64,000 nucleotides of DNA from Macrostomum lignano (lineage: Eukaryota): the NCBI GenBank assembly GCA_002269645.1, contig NIVC01000694.1, positions 378,464-442,463 on the forward strand, given 5' to 3'. Below are positions 1 to 11,665 of the stretch, piece by piece. How positions within the stretch are numbered: position 1 is the stretch's first letter; each line of letters opens with the position of its first letter. Made by a program: the position numbers and the translations under genes. Below the pieces are notes generated by a model. That model did not search any database and was not told the DNA's origin. It saw nothing but the letters and a program-made list of their open reading frames with translations.

Positions 1-258
1 CCCCGATTGAACTACTGTCAGTAGCATCATGAGCCCCGATTGAACTACTGTCAGTAGCATCATGAGCCCCGACTGAACTACTATCAGTAGTATCATGAGC
101 CCCGATTGAACTACTGTCAGTAGCATCATGAGCCCCGATTGAACTACTGTCAGTAGCATCATGAGCCCCGACTGAACTACTATCAGTAGTATCATGAGCC
201 CCGATTGAACTACTATCAGTAGTATCATGAGTCCCGACTGAACTACTGTCAGTAGCAT
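1..258. repeat. 33-bp tandem minisatellite (~7.8 copies, truncated by the window start)
   Basis: Unit ccccgattgaactactgtcagtagcatcatgag recurs at 1, 34, 67 and onward with few substitutions and no unique spacers; each unit has an internal CTACTG/CAGTAG palindrome. Confidence 0.95.
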
Positions 259-1040
259 TATTGTTTTGTTGAGTCTGAATGACCTACTGGTAGTAGTATT
301 GGCTAGCCACTTTTGTTACATTCTTCGGTTCCATTTTCATAGTTGTTATTTAATTTAGTCATAATGATTAACTGTACCTCTGCTAATCTGCTTTGTACAG
401 CGCTATGAAATGCAAATATTACTGCTTTCTATTCTTGATTCTCGCTAAACCGGATAAATAACTCAGCGCACTAAAATGATTGCGGTTGTTACCAAGACAA
501 TTTTTTTTGATGACGCACTAAATTCCTATAGTTACATGCTATTGCTGGCTAGATCGCATGGAGGAAGTGAAGCAAAAGTGAAGGCGAGCGTTCTTTGAAT
601 CTGAAACTCAATCACAAGGACTACATAGTAACACAAGGACTGTAACAATATGTGTAACAGATATGATAAAATAGATTCATAAGACCAAAGAGTCGAGCTG
701 TGCATTTTTTATGATTTTTAGGTACAGGAAAATGTACGTAGAATAAATAATTAACATAGAATCCTTTTTTCTGAAGGAAAAGCGTTATGAATATCATATA
801 TAGCATTTTCCAAGCCAATTGAGCCTATGAGCAAGCAGTTTAATCATTATTGGGAGAATCAAGCTATTGAAGACTTGTTGTCCATTGTCTATGGTCCAAA
901 AGGGGTCTATGGAGCAACCAGTTTGAGAGTCTGGGCGCGCTATTAATCCTTTCCACAGTTGCGCAAGCCTGAGACCATAGAAAAAACAGATTTCATTAGA
1001 CAAACAGATATATCAGACGAAGAATTTAGCGAGCAGAGCA

Positions 1041-1250
1041 GTGAAGAAAGTTTTGCTACAGCCCATGCAAGATGCAGTGGATGAGCAGAATCCTGCAGGG
1101 CGAGAACCCTATCGCAAGATAAGCAACGAAAGGTACGACCTGATTGTCGCTGCCATGGAGAGAGGTGATAGTGCTGAGCACATTTCGCGATGGCTGGACG
1201 TACAGAGAAAAACAGTGTATTCTATCAGGCGTTGCTTTGAAATCACGGGA
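1041..1250 (+). pseudogene. N-terminal HTH fragment of a Tc1/mariner- or IS630-like transposase
   Basis: Translation ISNERYDLIVAAMERGDSAEHISRWLDVQRKTVYSIRRCFEITG resembles the first paired-type HTH of Tc1-family transposases; no catalytic domain follows. Confidence 0.45.
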
Positions 1251-2268
1251 CCGCGCACGACGGTGGAGATCGAGCATGGACCATTGTTTTGCCTTTGCCT
1301 GTTTTGATTGGTTTCTCTGAAATCAAATTGTTAATGTCAATCGTTTTTTGATATGCCATCATCTATTTGCAGACGTTATTTCAGTGAAGTTATTCGTGAA
1401 GGATATACGAGCACTGTTAAAAGGATTAATAGCGCGCCCAGATTCTCAAATTGCTTGCTCCCAGGCTCAGTTGGCTTGGAAAAAGCTATAATAGAGCTAC
1501 GAGCGTATAAGAAAAGCACAACATATCAAAACATTGGGTCTGCCTCCTATCGAAAGCAATATCAATTTTTGTGCTTAAAAATCAAAACTTCCTATCTCCA
1601 TTGTGTATTTTTTGGAAAAGCTGCCTCCTAAAATTTTCCAAGAAACGAAGTTTTGTTGTCCTGCGAGTACTTAAGTAGTCCTTCCTCAAACAGTGCTGGC
1701 CTGTCTCCTGAATTTCACGCTTTTGCACACTTGCCTGCATGCTGCTAATTTTCTTACTATAGTCTCAGTAATGCATAAAACTCGCTTCCACTACATGGAT
1801 CATGGATCCACAGATGAAGTAAAAGGATTCAAAGTACTTTAAGAGACTAAAAACAAGCTAAATTACAGTGTGTTTTCAAGTTAATGGCACACTAAATGGG
1901 CTTTTATCACAGTGTGTAAATGTGATTACTGAGACAACACACTCAACAGCTCAACATGCAGTTCCAAGCCTGTGGATTCGAATTTTGATTTTTTCACTAT
2001 TTAACCCAGTCATTAATACCACGGAATTGTCAAGCTTAAGCTTCATCTAATCAAGTAAAATAGGTTTCATTTTGATCTGCGAGTCTAGTTGTATATTTGT
2101 AGTCACGGTAAACAAGATCAGGGGCAGCAGTTGCCCTCTTATACAAAGTAACCTGTTGGAGACCACTGTACGCGAACATGGGATTCGAAGTAACATTCTA
2201 GAATCTTCTAATGATAAACTACTTTATATAAACAGGTAAATTACTATTTTAACAAAATAGTCGACAGT

Positions 2269-2520
2269 CGAAACAGCGCAGAAGGCGAGGTCAACGGCGC
2301 AGAAGGCGAGGTCAACGGCGCAGAAGGCGAGATCAACGGCGCAGGCGAGGTCAACGGCGCAGATTGCGAGGTCAACGGCGCAGGCGAGGTCAACGGCGCA
2401 GATTGCGAGGTCAACGGCGCAGAAGGCGAGGTCAACGGCGCAGAAGGCGAGGTCAACGGCGCAGAAGGCGTGGTCAACGGCGCAGGAGATGGGGTCAACG
2501 GCGCAGGAGGCTGTAGATCT
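2269..2520. repeat. 21-bp minisatellite (ggtcaacggcgcagaaggcga)n, copy A
   Basis: Tandem units are directly visible; the minus strand reads (PLTSPSA)n; the same array occurs at ~32627-32975. Confidence 0.95.
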
Positions 2521-4242
2521 TCCGGTGGTGACTTTTGATTCAGCATCGCAGCGAGTTCCCCTCTGGCATGGCACCCAGCGTTTTGCGGTAGGACAGCCCG
2601 AATCTGCCAGCTGAACGCGGGACTGCCGTGCAGATGCCGCTGGTCTGCGCGCACGATTTGCAGCCCCGCTGCCGAGTGTCCTGAAAATGAAGTGAGGAGG
2701 CGGAATCGCAGCTGACAACATGAAAACAGATGTCAAAAGCATCAGTGCTCAAATAAGGCCATATTCCGTTTAATTAAAGTATTGTACAAATGTTCATTCA
2801 TCAGTCGTGCGATTTGATGTCATTTGAGTCATTTATGTTGATGAGATGATTTAGGGAAATTTCACACTAGAAGTGCGCAGTTTTGCCTGGGCTGGCCTGG
2901 TTCTGTTTGGTTCGAGTTGGGAGGTCTGGCCTGTCCCCGGCTGGTTTGCGTCGCTTTTTGTCCCTCGCTGCAGTCGGTCTCTGTGGCCCAGACACTATTA
3001 TTAGTATTAACAAGATATCAGACCAGATATTATTATTATTATAAGCTCAGAGGCGCTACTCAATCACAGCAGAGAGCTTAGCACAAGTGACCACCTGTGG
3101 TAACTGCATACAAGGTACGGTGTTACGTAAGCCTATTCAGCTCCAACACTGCAATCTGCTTAGGCGAATCTGCTTGACTTGCAAGCTCTGGCGGTGAATG
3201 TGCTGTCCCACTAGGCTTACTTTTTTAGCAGTTTAAGTAATTAAAATGAGGAAGAAAGCGTGCGGTGCGGTGCCTACAATCCTGCACGCTGTTTTGAGTG
3301 AGAACCTGCTTAGCATTGCTTGTGATAGAGATATACGAGTAGAGATACTGACAGTTGCTGCTGACTCGTGTTTTGCTTTCAATTAATTGTAATTGAACTG
3401 AAAGCGTATCAAAAAGCACGCTCTATTTCTACCATATTTACGACCGTAGTAGACCTTAATTTCTGTTGCCTGATATACAAAGACATTGTGGATGCAGCCT
3501 GACTGTGCCGTTTACCAGTCTTAATAACAATTATTTCACTTTACAACTTTATAGTTTAGAGACGTGTTCAGTTTTTTGTGCGTTTATAGTTTAGCGTGTG
3601 TACCTGTACAGATTTGAAGAGTGTGTGCAAATACAGGGTTGAGTGTGTACGTGTACAGGGTTGACTGTGTACACGCACACATCCGGAAGCTGCATCAGCA
3701 TCTACGCGCCGAGGCGAGGAAAGCGTAATGCTTCATTCCGTATGACTGGAGGCGATGGCGCAGAAAGGAGCACTGGAGCCATCACGTCCTCTTTTCTGAT
3801 TGATTTCCTGAGAAGCTCTGCGCATCAGCCTTGACCAAAATCAGCGATGTCAACGGATTAGTTGCCTCTACCACTCTCAGTCCCTGTTGCGCCCCTTCAC
3901 CAGAACCCACTATCAAAGCGCGCTCCCCAGGTTCTAGGTGCGCCCGCTACACAAGAACCAGCATCGACCTGCAAGGAAGTTGCCGATACAGTCGCCGTCG
4001 GGATGTTCAACGGTTTCGTGTGATCCCGTTTTATAGGATGTCGGCCTTCAAACAAAGGCTGGCTCCGTAGCAGCTCTGAGAGACTTGCGCCCGATTGAGC
4101 AGCAGCCGGACTCGGTTGTGAAATTAAGAAGGCCCTAAGACCCTCTGGAACATTTTCTTAACTTGAACTTTGCAAATCCGACATGCCGTGAACATATGGA
4201 AATGCATGTTATTTATCTCAGGACAGCAATCAAAGTCTGCTT

Positions 4243-5004
4243 GTGGCGGCTGCTGCTGTGGCATCCACTGCGTCCGCGGTTTCCGCTGCATGGGCCTTGG
4301 CGGAAATTCGAGCCGACTGGGCCGAAAATCACGCGGCCTTGGCCGAGAATCGTGCCGTCTTGGCCGAAAATCGAGCCGGCTTGGCCGCCATCTTAGATGA
4401 GGTGCGGGCCGACCGGGCCGAAAATCGCGCAGTCTTGGCCGAGAATCGCGCAGCCTTGGCCGAAAATCGCGCAGCCTTGGCCGAAAATCACGCGGCCTTG
4501 GCCGAGAATCGTGCCGTCTTGGCCGAAAATCGAGCCGGCTTGGCCGCCATCTTAGATGAGGTGCGGGCCGACCGGGCCGAAAATCGCGCAGTCTTGGCCG
4601 AGAATCGCGCAGCCTTGGCCGAAAATCGCGCAGCCTTGGCCGAAAATCGAGCCGGCTTGGCCGCCATCTTAGATGAGGTGCGGGCCGACCGGGCCGAAAA
4701 TCGCGCAGTCTTGGCCGAGAATCGCGCAGCCTTGGCCGAAAATCGCGCAGCCTTGGCCGAAAATCGAGCCGGCTTGGCCGCCATCTTAGATGAGGTGCGG
4801 GCCGACCGGGCCGAAAATCGCGCAGCCTTGGCCGAAAATCGCGCAGCCTTGGCCGAAAATCGCGCAGCCTTGGCCGCCATCCAAAATGAGATGCGGGCGA
4901 TGCACCGTGAAATGCGGGCGATGCGCGGCGACATTCTAAACCGCATTAATATGCTACATGCTCAAAGGTTGCGCACGAGGCGCAGAGTCGCCCGCGCTGC
5001 ATGA
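4243..5004 (+). CDS. Minisatellite-encoded Ala/Arg/Glu coiled-coil protein, (AENRAAL)n; probably an internal or terminal exon
   Basis: 253-codon open frame of 7-aa repeats with periodic 11-aa AAILDEVRADR units. It starts at GTG just downstream of a splice-acceptor-like tttatctcag at ~4220. The paralog at 34619-35150 is shorter. Confidence 0.5.
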   Translation: MAAAAVASTASAVSAAWALAEIRADWAENHAALAENRAVLAENRAGLAAILDEVRADRAENRAVLAENRAALAENRAALAENHAALAENRAVLAENRAGLAAILDEVRADRAENRAVLAENRAALAENRAALAENRAGLAAILDEVRADRAENRAVLAENRAALAENRAALAENRAGLAAILDEVRADRAENRAALAENRAALAENRAALAAIQNEMRAMHREMRAMRGDILNRINMLHAQRLRTRRRVARAA

Positions 5005-6629
5005 TGCCGTGTCACGGCTGTGGCAGCAGCTCAGGAGAGAACCTGCTGAAGGCCAAGTGCAGGTGAGAATCGCACAAGGTCAGCTGCTGCTAGTGCAAAT
5101 GGCTCCAACTGTCTCTTGGCGTGTTCAAGAGCCCGAATGTGTAATATGTCATATTATAATGTGCATTATGTACTACATGACCGCCCTATCCACCGCCGTT
5201 AGTTTTATTAATACAGTTTACTCGTATAATAATATTACAAAGCGAGTTCAAGCATCTAGAATTTTATTAATCAGGATTTTTTTAAACTGCACTGCTAGCC
5301 GCAATTAATTTGGAGCTGCTATTCAATAATTATGCCTGCCTGCGGCATGCCGCGCCAGTAGGTGCAGCAACCACGGCAGCTACAGGCTTTTCAGAAGGCG
5401 CTGAGACCCCCATACAGCATGTAATGCATCAGTGTTATTGAAATAGACTGGCTGTGCATCATTTACTATATTAACGTGTTTGCGTGCGTGTGCATGTGCA
5501 GGTTTGCCCTCGGAGCTGCTGTGGAATCAATACGCCTACCAGGGGCTTGCTGAGGACCATTCTCGGCGATGGTTTTACATTCGCCGAGCAAGGTTGGCTA
5601 AGTATTCGGTCGAATTCATCCATTCTTGAACGGAGACTTCTCGATCACCATGCAATCCAACACACCTACAGTGGAATTGTCGATCCTGCCAGCGTTGTCT
5701 GGATGGACGAGCTGGGTCCCCCCAAGGTGTTGACTCTCGCCAGGAAGACCCGAACATGGACCAGGTTCTATAATTCCAAGTCCCGGTTGCGCCCCTTCAC
5801 CAGAACAAATTATCAAAGCGCGCTTCCCAGGTTGCCTTTGTCTTTATCTTTGGAGCTCTCAGCTTTTTTGCTACAAGAACCGGCATCGACCTGCAAGTGC
5901 GACGAAGTTGGCGATACAGTCGCCGAGACCTTTAACGGTTTAGTTGCGTGATCGTGTTTTGACGGATATCGACCCGCAAGTTTAGTTTATTCTGACCGCA
6001 CAAAATCGAAGCTCAATAGAGACGTAGCGCTCGATGGAGCTGGACTCTTGCAGGCTGCCTCAGCAGGTTTCTATTTCTTGCTGACGAGAGCTTTGGGACC
6101 GAGTCGGCGGCAGAGAAGTCCCGCTGCTCCCGCCGCAGCTAAATCTTGAACCAGTCCATTTGTGGACTGCCTGCTGTGTGACTCGGCATACGATCAGACT
6201 GGCTGTTGTGACTTTGAACTCTGCAAGCATGTGTCTGCAGCAATCTCTTTACTCCATTGTTCAGCGTGAGCCCTGTGGTTGATAGGTTAATGAACTCATG
6301 TCTTCCCAAAGTAGCTTGTAGGTAGGCTAGCCAGAAAATTTTAGGAGTCTCCGTTAGAGAGTGCAAAATAATAAGAAATGCTAGGTCTCCATCCCTCGCC
6401 TCGTGCACCTAACCCCGCACGCTTGGCTACTGTGAGTAGATAGTGTCGCAAGTCTTTTTAGGGCTGTCGTAATGCTGGATGTGCCCGATAAAGCACTGCA
6501 GACTAAGCCAACTAATTGAATCATGTTACAATTTCAGAGTTCTTTTTCAAAAATTATTAAAAATAATATATAGTATGTCTATTATTATTTAAGTTAATGA
6601 TCACTATTTGATGAAAGTTATGATGAGGC

Positions 6630-7010
6630 ATAATGGTAGCAAAGTGCAAAGCAAAAAAGTCCGCTGCAGTTTTCCTAGATGCAGAGGCAGCCTTTGATAC
6701 CGCCTGACATGACAAGCTCACTGAGGACAAGCTTACTGACATGTAGCTCAGACACTGCATGCTCACTGATGGCTTTCTATCAAAGCTCACCGAATCCTGA
6801 CAGACTGTCTGAGAGACAGACAGATTCAGGTTCGAGTCCAGGGGTCTCAGCGATTCCCACACCATGCAGTCTGGCGTCTCTCAGGGAGGCATCCTGAGCC
6901 CTCTCCTGCACCGCTTCTACGTCAGCTCAATGCCAACTTAACTTGCGCAGTTAATTTGCAGACGACACGGCCGTCTGGGCCTCAGCTGACACCTTTGTAG
7001 GGCTCCGAAC
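6630..7010 (+). pseudogene. Degenerate non-LTR retrotransposon reverse transcriptase
   Basis: Fragmented RT motifs: AAVFLDAEAAFDTA*HDKL (~6662), SGVSQGGILSPLL (~6870) and FADDTAVW (~6956); there are stops and frameshifts. Confidence 0.75.
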
Positions 7011-7799
7011 ATTCCTTTCAGAGCTATCTCAGACGTTTCAGACCATCAGACTGAATGCTGGGAAGAGCAAAGCAATCGCTTTCAACTACAAACCCACCAG
7101 GCGCATGGACTTGCGACCCAAACAATATCTGGGAGACGGACGGAGGTTCCGTACAGCCAGGAGATAAAATTTGCCCAAGCCTCTGTCTGAGCAAACAACG
7201 CAAGACACCATGACAGATACCAGCAGAGCCATTGTAATGCCGCTATACAGAATTGCTAAAATGACAAAGCTGAGTAGTGCTCACTATCCTCAGTGTACAC
7301 AGCCTACGGAGAAAACATCAAATCAAACTGCAAGGATTCCCAATCCAAGGTAGGCTGACGGGCAGTCTCCCAGACCATAGAAAACTGAGCATGCTGCCTG
7401 AGCCAGAGATCGGTTCATCAGCAAAAGGGACCGGATTCCATGACCTGTGATCTCCCTGCGCACTTTTACACTCTTTGTAAGAGTCTTACAAATATTGCTT
7501 AAAACTTTTTACACCCCTTCTATACTACTTATACAGTTGTATTCAAATATGCGGTATTGCATTTCATTTCATATTTTACTTAATAGCCTATTTTTTACTC
7601 TTCATTACCTTTTTATAAGAATCCCTTCTTTGTGCAGATTTCCCTGTTCCCTTCTATCCCTTCCATATTTTTATTCCCAAATGTGTGCGAAATTACTGCT
7701 GCTAACTATTAAAAAATAGTTTTATTTAATTTAATTTCATGTTTTTCGATCTAAATAAAAAATTAAATAAGCAGCAGAGCTCCTCAGAACTGATCCACG

Positions 7800-7900
7800 C
7801 CGGTTTTTACGGCACTTCGCTTGAACAAAAAAGTTTTTATCAGGCAATTTAGGGTGTCTTTTCTGGAGATTTCTGCTCATCAGCCAGTGGCCAAACTAAA
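7800..7900 (-). pseudogene. Possible hAT (Buster/Charlie-like) transposase remnant
   Basis: Minus-strand SRNLQKRHPKLPDKNF resembles the RHL..KHP.L.DK..YF motif of Buster-type transposases; the fragment is very short. A paralog lies at ~38010-38110. Confidence 0.3.
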
Positions 7901-8858
7901 GTCCGGACACGCCAGCCGCAATTTTTAGAAATTATGTTTGAAAATGAACAATGAAATTTTGGGAATTTGGCTTATCACGTGTAAATGTTCTTGGTCTAAA
8001 CGAGCGCCATTTAAATGAAATGAATTTTCACAACAGAACTCACCATTTTCCTGCAGGAACAGCCAGCCAGGTAATTGGATTCCCGAGCACTCTGCCTCAG
8101 GCTACTTTGGTGCTTTTGTCTGACTTGTCGAATCGATCTTGCACGCTGACCTCAGCATTTTACAACTTACATCGTGGTTTGTGGTGCCACATTGAATAAT
8201 CCGTTCCAGAACACATAGTATGCAAAAACTGTTTCCGATACTAGACTAGAAATCACAGTCAGAGCCTGGGCCCTCCTCCTGACCGCCCTCCTTATAGTCA
8301 GCAGTTGATTATGTCAAAGATACAGAATTGGGGGAGGCGGCAATGTACTCATACCAGCGTACATTCCAGAGATAAGCGCAAGATCGTTCCACGGCGGCTA
8401 CCGCAAAGGGGTGTAGAAATGCTAGAAAAATCGATATTTCCTTATACTGACGATAAGCAGGTCGCGCACACCGTGCACACGGCTACATGGAGACACCAAA
8501 TGTTAACACTTGAACAGCTTTAACGAATCTGACCAATCACGAGAGGCGGCCGTTGTAAAAGCTTAGGAGTTTATTTTATAAATATCATGGGTGACACGAG
8601 GCTAAACTAGACATTATATTTGAGTTTGCGTATGTACTTCGGCTTACTAGTAAAAGTAAAATGTAATGAATAATTCATGTGCAACCGTACGAGTATAAGC
8701 CAGTCGAAAGTAATGAGTCATCAGTCTTATAGTCCATAAACTTATTATTTTTAAATGATTATTATTAAATGAAGCAACAGGTGCAGCCCTAGTGCCTTAG
8801 AGAGACAAACTATCCAGTTCTCTTCTTACGAGACGTCGTCTCCTCCCCAGTCATCAGC

Positions 8859-10147
8859 TCATCTGAAGCTATACAGCACTGACTGCAGCGCTTGAATGTC
8901 CTCCTCCAGCCTTACGATTATGTATTTCACCTTGTCGAGAATGTACTTTATTTCGTGTGCCATAGCAGACAACTTTCTGCACCGATCTCGTATGTCGGCG
9001 ACCCTCCGAAGTTTTGCATTAGCGTCCCTGATCGCTGTCGCCATGGATAAACTTGCAGTTGCATGGAGGGTTGCGAGCCCGACACCTCCAGCAAGCCAGG
9101 CTGACAGCTCCAGGCCGACAGATACTAAAATAACTGGATGAGCCAGTCAGGCATATATACGAGCGTACTTAGTGAAACTGCTTTCTACTTTCAGTTCAGT
9201 AGCAAAGAAGAATACATAAGCAATTTTATAAAATAAAGGCAACAGCTGAAATTACTTTGATAAGTTCAGAAGCCCAAGCTTGCAGGCGTAAACAACTTGC
9301 TATGAATGGTTGGTTCAGCAATCATGTACATTAGCCAGTCTACTAAAATGTACACGGCAGCCTTAGGCTGGAATTCCGATAAAGGCAATCAAATTTGGTT
9401 GGGCGGGGGAGTGTGGAAAGGCGCGGTTGGAGGGTTTAATTAAGCTGGAGGGTAAGAGCCAATAAATGAGCCTTGACTTTTAAAAATACATTTAAAAGCT
9501 TCTGTTAAACTTACTACTGAACTGAAAGTAGCGTACATTTACTGAGTGGCCCATCTACGTTCTAGTATCTTTATCCGTGCCTTGTGTCCTTGTTCCGCGC
9601 TCTGGCCGCTTCAACTTCTCCGCCTTCTGTGTGAGCTTCTCGTGGAGCATTTTTAAGACCCGATGAGACTTAGCTCGTATTCAGTCCATCAGTGAATCTA
9701 TTGAGTCGCTTGCAGCACTCCCTGAGACTTTCTATTGTATGCTGCATTATTTGACGGAATTCTTCTGTTGCTTCATGAACATGCTCTTGCGCAGCTTGCT
9801 TTTTGCTAGACTATTGTATGGCAAAAAATTGCTAGTCTTTAGCAATTCCAGTAGTGGCTTGCAGCTTTTATTATTTTGTTGTCAAAAGCGCTTCATTATT
9901 ATTGCCTTGATTCAAAATTACAGTCATTTGAAAACATACACATGTACTCTTGATAGTATGCTTGTGCATAGTATGCATGAGGGATTCGGGTTATTACGAG
10001 CTGTAGTATGGGTGCACGGATTTTTGCCCCTTGTTGCTGCATATTTGCAATGCAGACTACATAATTGCTGACCATGACAGGTAGATAAACTTTAAAGCCA
10101 AGGTGGGCTTGTTCGTATCGTAATGCAGAATATGCAAGCTCAGCCAT
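8859..10147 (-). pseudogene. Damaged member of the coiled-coil/hydrophobic-hairpin gene family, interrupted by a MITE-like insertion
   Basis: Starts MAELAY like 52973; 9570-9800 and 8859-9120 align to 39052-39570 (LTQKAE..RTRTQG, MATAIRDANA..RLEEDIQALQSVLYSFR); it has stops and a ~450-bp insertion in the hairpin-coding region. Confidence 0.8.
9121..9569. mobile_element. MITE-like insertion with imperfect TIRs
   Basis: Ends gatacta...tagtatc; internal ctactttcagttcagtag (~9186) is mirrored by ctactgaactgaaagtag (~9513); absent from the paralog at ~39345; no clear TSD. Confidence 0.6.
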
Positions 10148-10831
10148 GGGTCTCTACCAGTTGCTTGGCGAAAGCACAGACAAGCATAGGAATAAATATT
10201 TCAACCCGTTGAGTGAGTTGAGTGAGGCTTGAACACAATGGAGTTCGCGTACTAAATATTTATTCGCATGGTTGGCCAGTCATTCAAGCCTTGAATTGTC
10301 TCGAGGCTAGGCGCAGCGTCTGAGCAGCAGAGATATTTAGAGACAAAGAAGAAAGTTACAAAAAGTTGAGCAGCAGTAAGTGTGCTCAGGGTGTACTTAA
10401 TCAAAACTGAACTTCCATTTTGCTTCGGCTGGGCCGTTGAATACAGGCTTTCACGTACAGAGTTGCAAGCTACTCCGATGCACACGGTCTCGAACTTCTC
10501 CCTGTCTAAGCGCTCAGTGCACAATAAGTTTATTTATTCGTCTGAGATTAAAAAGACAGAGGGTGAGCAATGCGCCTTGTCTCACTTCCATTGGTCGGAT
10601 CCGGGGCTTTTGCACAGGAGCTCCGCGCCTGCCTGGCAAAATGGAGCTTGGGGAGCTTATGGGTTCGCTGCGTGCGGCTTCTGGGGGCAGGGCCATAGGT
10701 AAAGTTTGTTTTATTTTTTTTTATTTTATTGCCAATGCATTTCGACCCTTATAGGTCATCTTCAGGGTGGTAATGAAAATTAATCAAAGCAGTTAAACAA
10801 ATACTTATCAAAATTCAACGGGAGCACCCCA

Positions 10832-11110
10832 ACTGCCAGCCGGAAAACTGCCAGCCGACAATTGCCAGCCGACAACTGCCAGCCGACAACTGCCAGTCGA
10901 CAACTGCCAACCGACAACTGCCAGTCGACAACTGCCAGCCGACAACTGCCAGCCGACAATTGCCAGCCGAGAAAACTGCCAGCCGGAAAACTGCCAGCCG
11001 ACAACTGCCAGCCGAGAAAACTGCCAGCCGGAAAACTGCCAGCCGACAACTGCCAGCCGAGAAAACTGCCAGCCGAGAAAACTGCCAGCCGACAACTGCC
11101 AGCCGACAAG
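10832..11110. repeat. 14-15-bp tandem array (actgccagccgaca / actgccagccggaaa)
   Basis: About 20 directly visible units. Confidence 0.95.
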
Positions 11111-11625
11111 TTCTAGCAAATTGAGTCTACTGTAGCCTACTTATTAGCTAAGTATGAGTAAAAAGCACGAAACTGTTTGGCTAGCAAAAGGCTTGTGGGT
11201 AGCCTTAAATGTCGCCCTTCCCTTCCCTAAAATTTTCAGATTTCCATTAGAAGTATATATGTGAAGGAGAAGGCATTCTGTAATGCCTATTGTAAATATT
11301 TCTGTATTGAAAGTTCATTTACTTTATTATTTAATTTGCGATTGCGATTTCTATATGACGCAATCCTAGATAAGTCTATTAAATTACTTTACTTAAATAA
11401 AGCTTTCAAAGAAAGAGTAAAGGCTACCTAAAATACGAAATTTGAATGCCTTCTCCTTCACATATATACTTCTAATGGAAATCTGAAAATTTTAGGGAAG
11501 GGAAGGGCGACATTTAAGGCTACCCACAAGCCTTTTGCTAGCCAAACAGTTTCGTGCTTTTTACTCATACTTAGCTAATAAGTAGGCTACAGTAGATTCA
11601 ATTAGCTAGAACTTGTCGGCTGGCA
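11097..11625. mobile_element. Foldback/MITE-like element with 182-bp inverted arms
   Basis: 11097-11278 is the reverse complement of 11444-11625 (two mismatches seen), with a ~165-bp AT-rich spacer; absent from copy B. Confidence 0.8.
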
Positions 11626-11665
11626 TAATGTTACGGGACATATTGTATATACATAAATATTCCAC

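Noticed and set aside
1-258. CRISPR array
   Set aside because: The 33-bp units are contiguous with no unique spacers, there are no cas genes, and the context is eukaryotic.
5484-5951. 155-aa CDS (and paralog 35709-36179)
   Set aside because: Open in both copies, but it starts at a non-ATG codon, has no recognisable motif, and the copies are too similar for frame conservation to be informative; left uncalled.
10780-11119. Repetitive ORFs (GWQLSAGS / TASRQLP)
   Set aside because: Products of the 14-15-bp tandem array; open in several frames, with no start context or flanking coding sequence.
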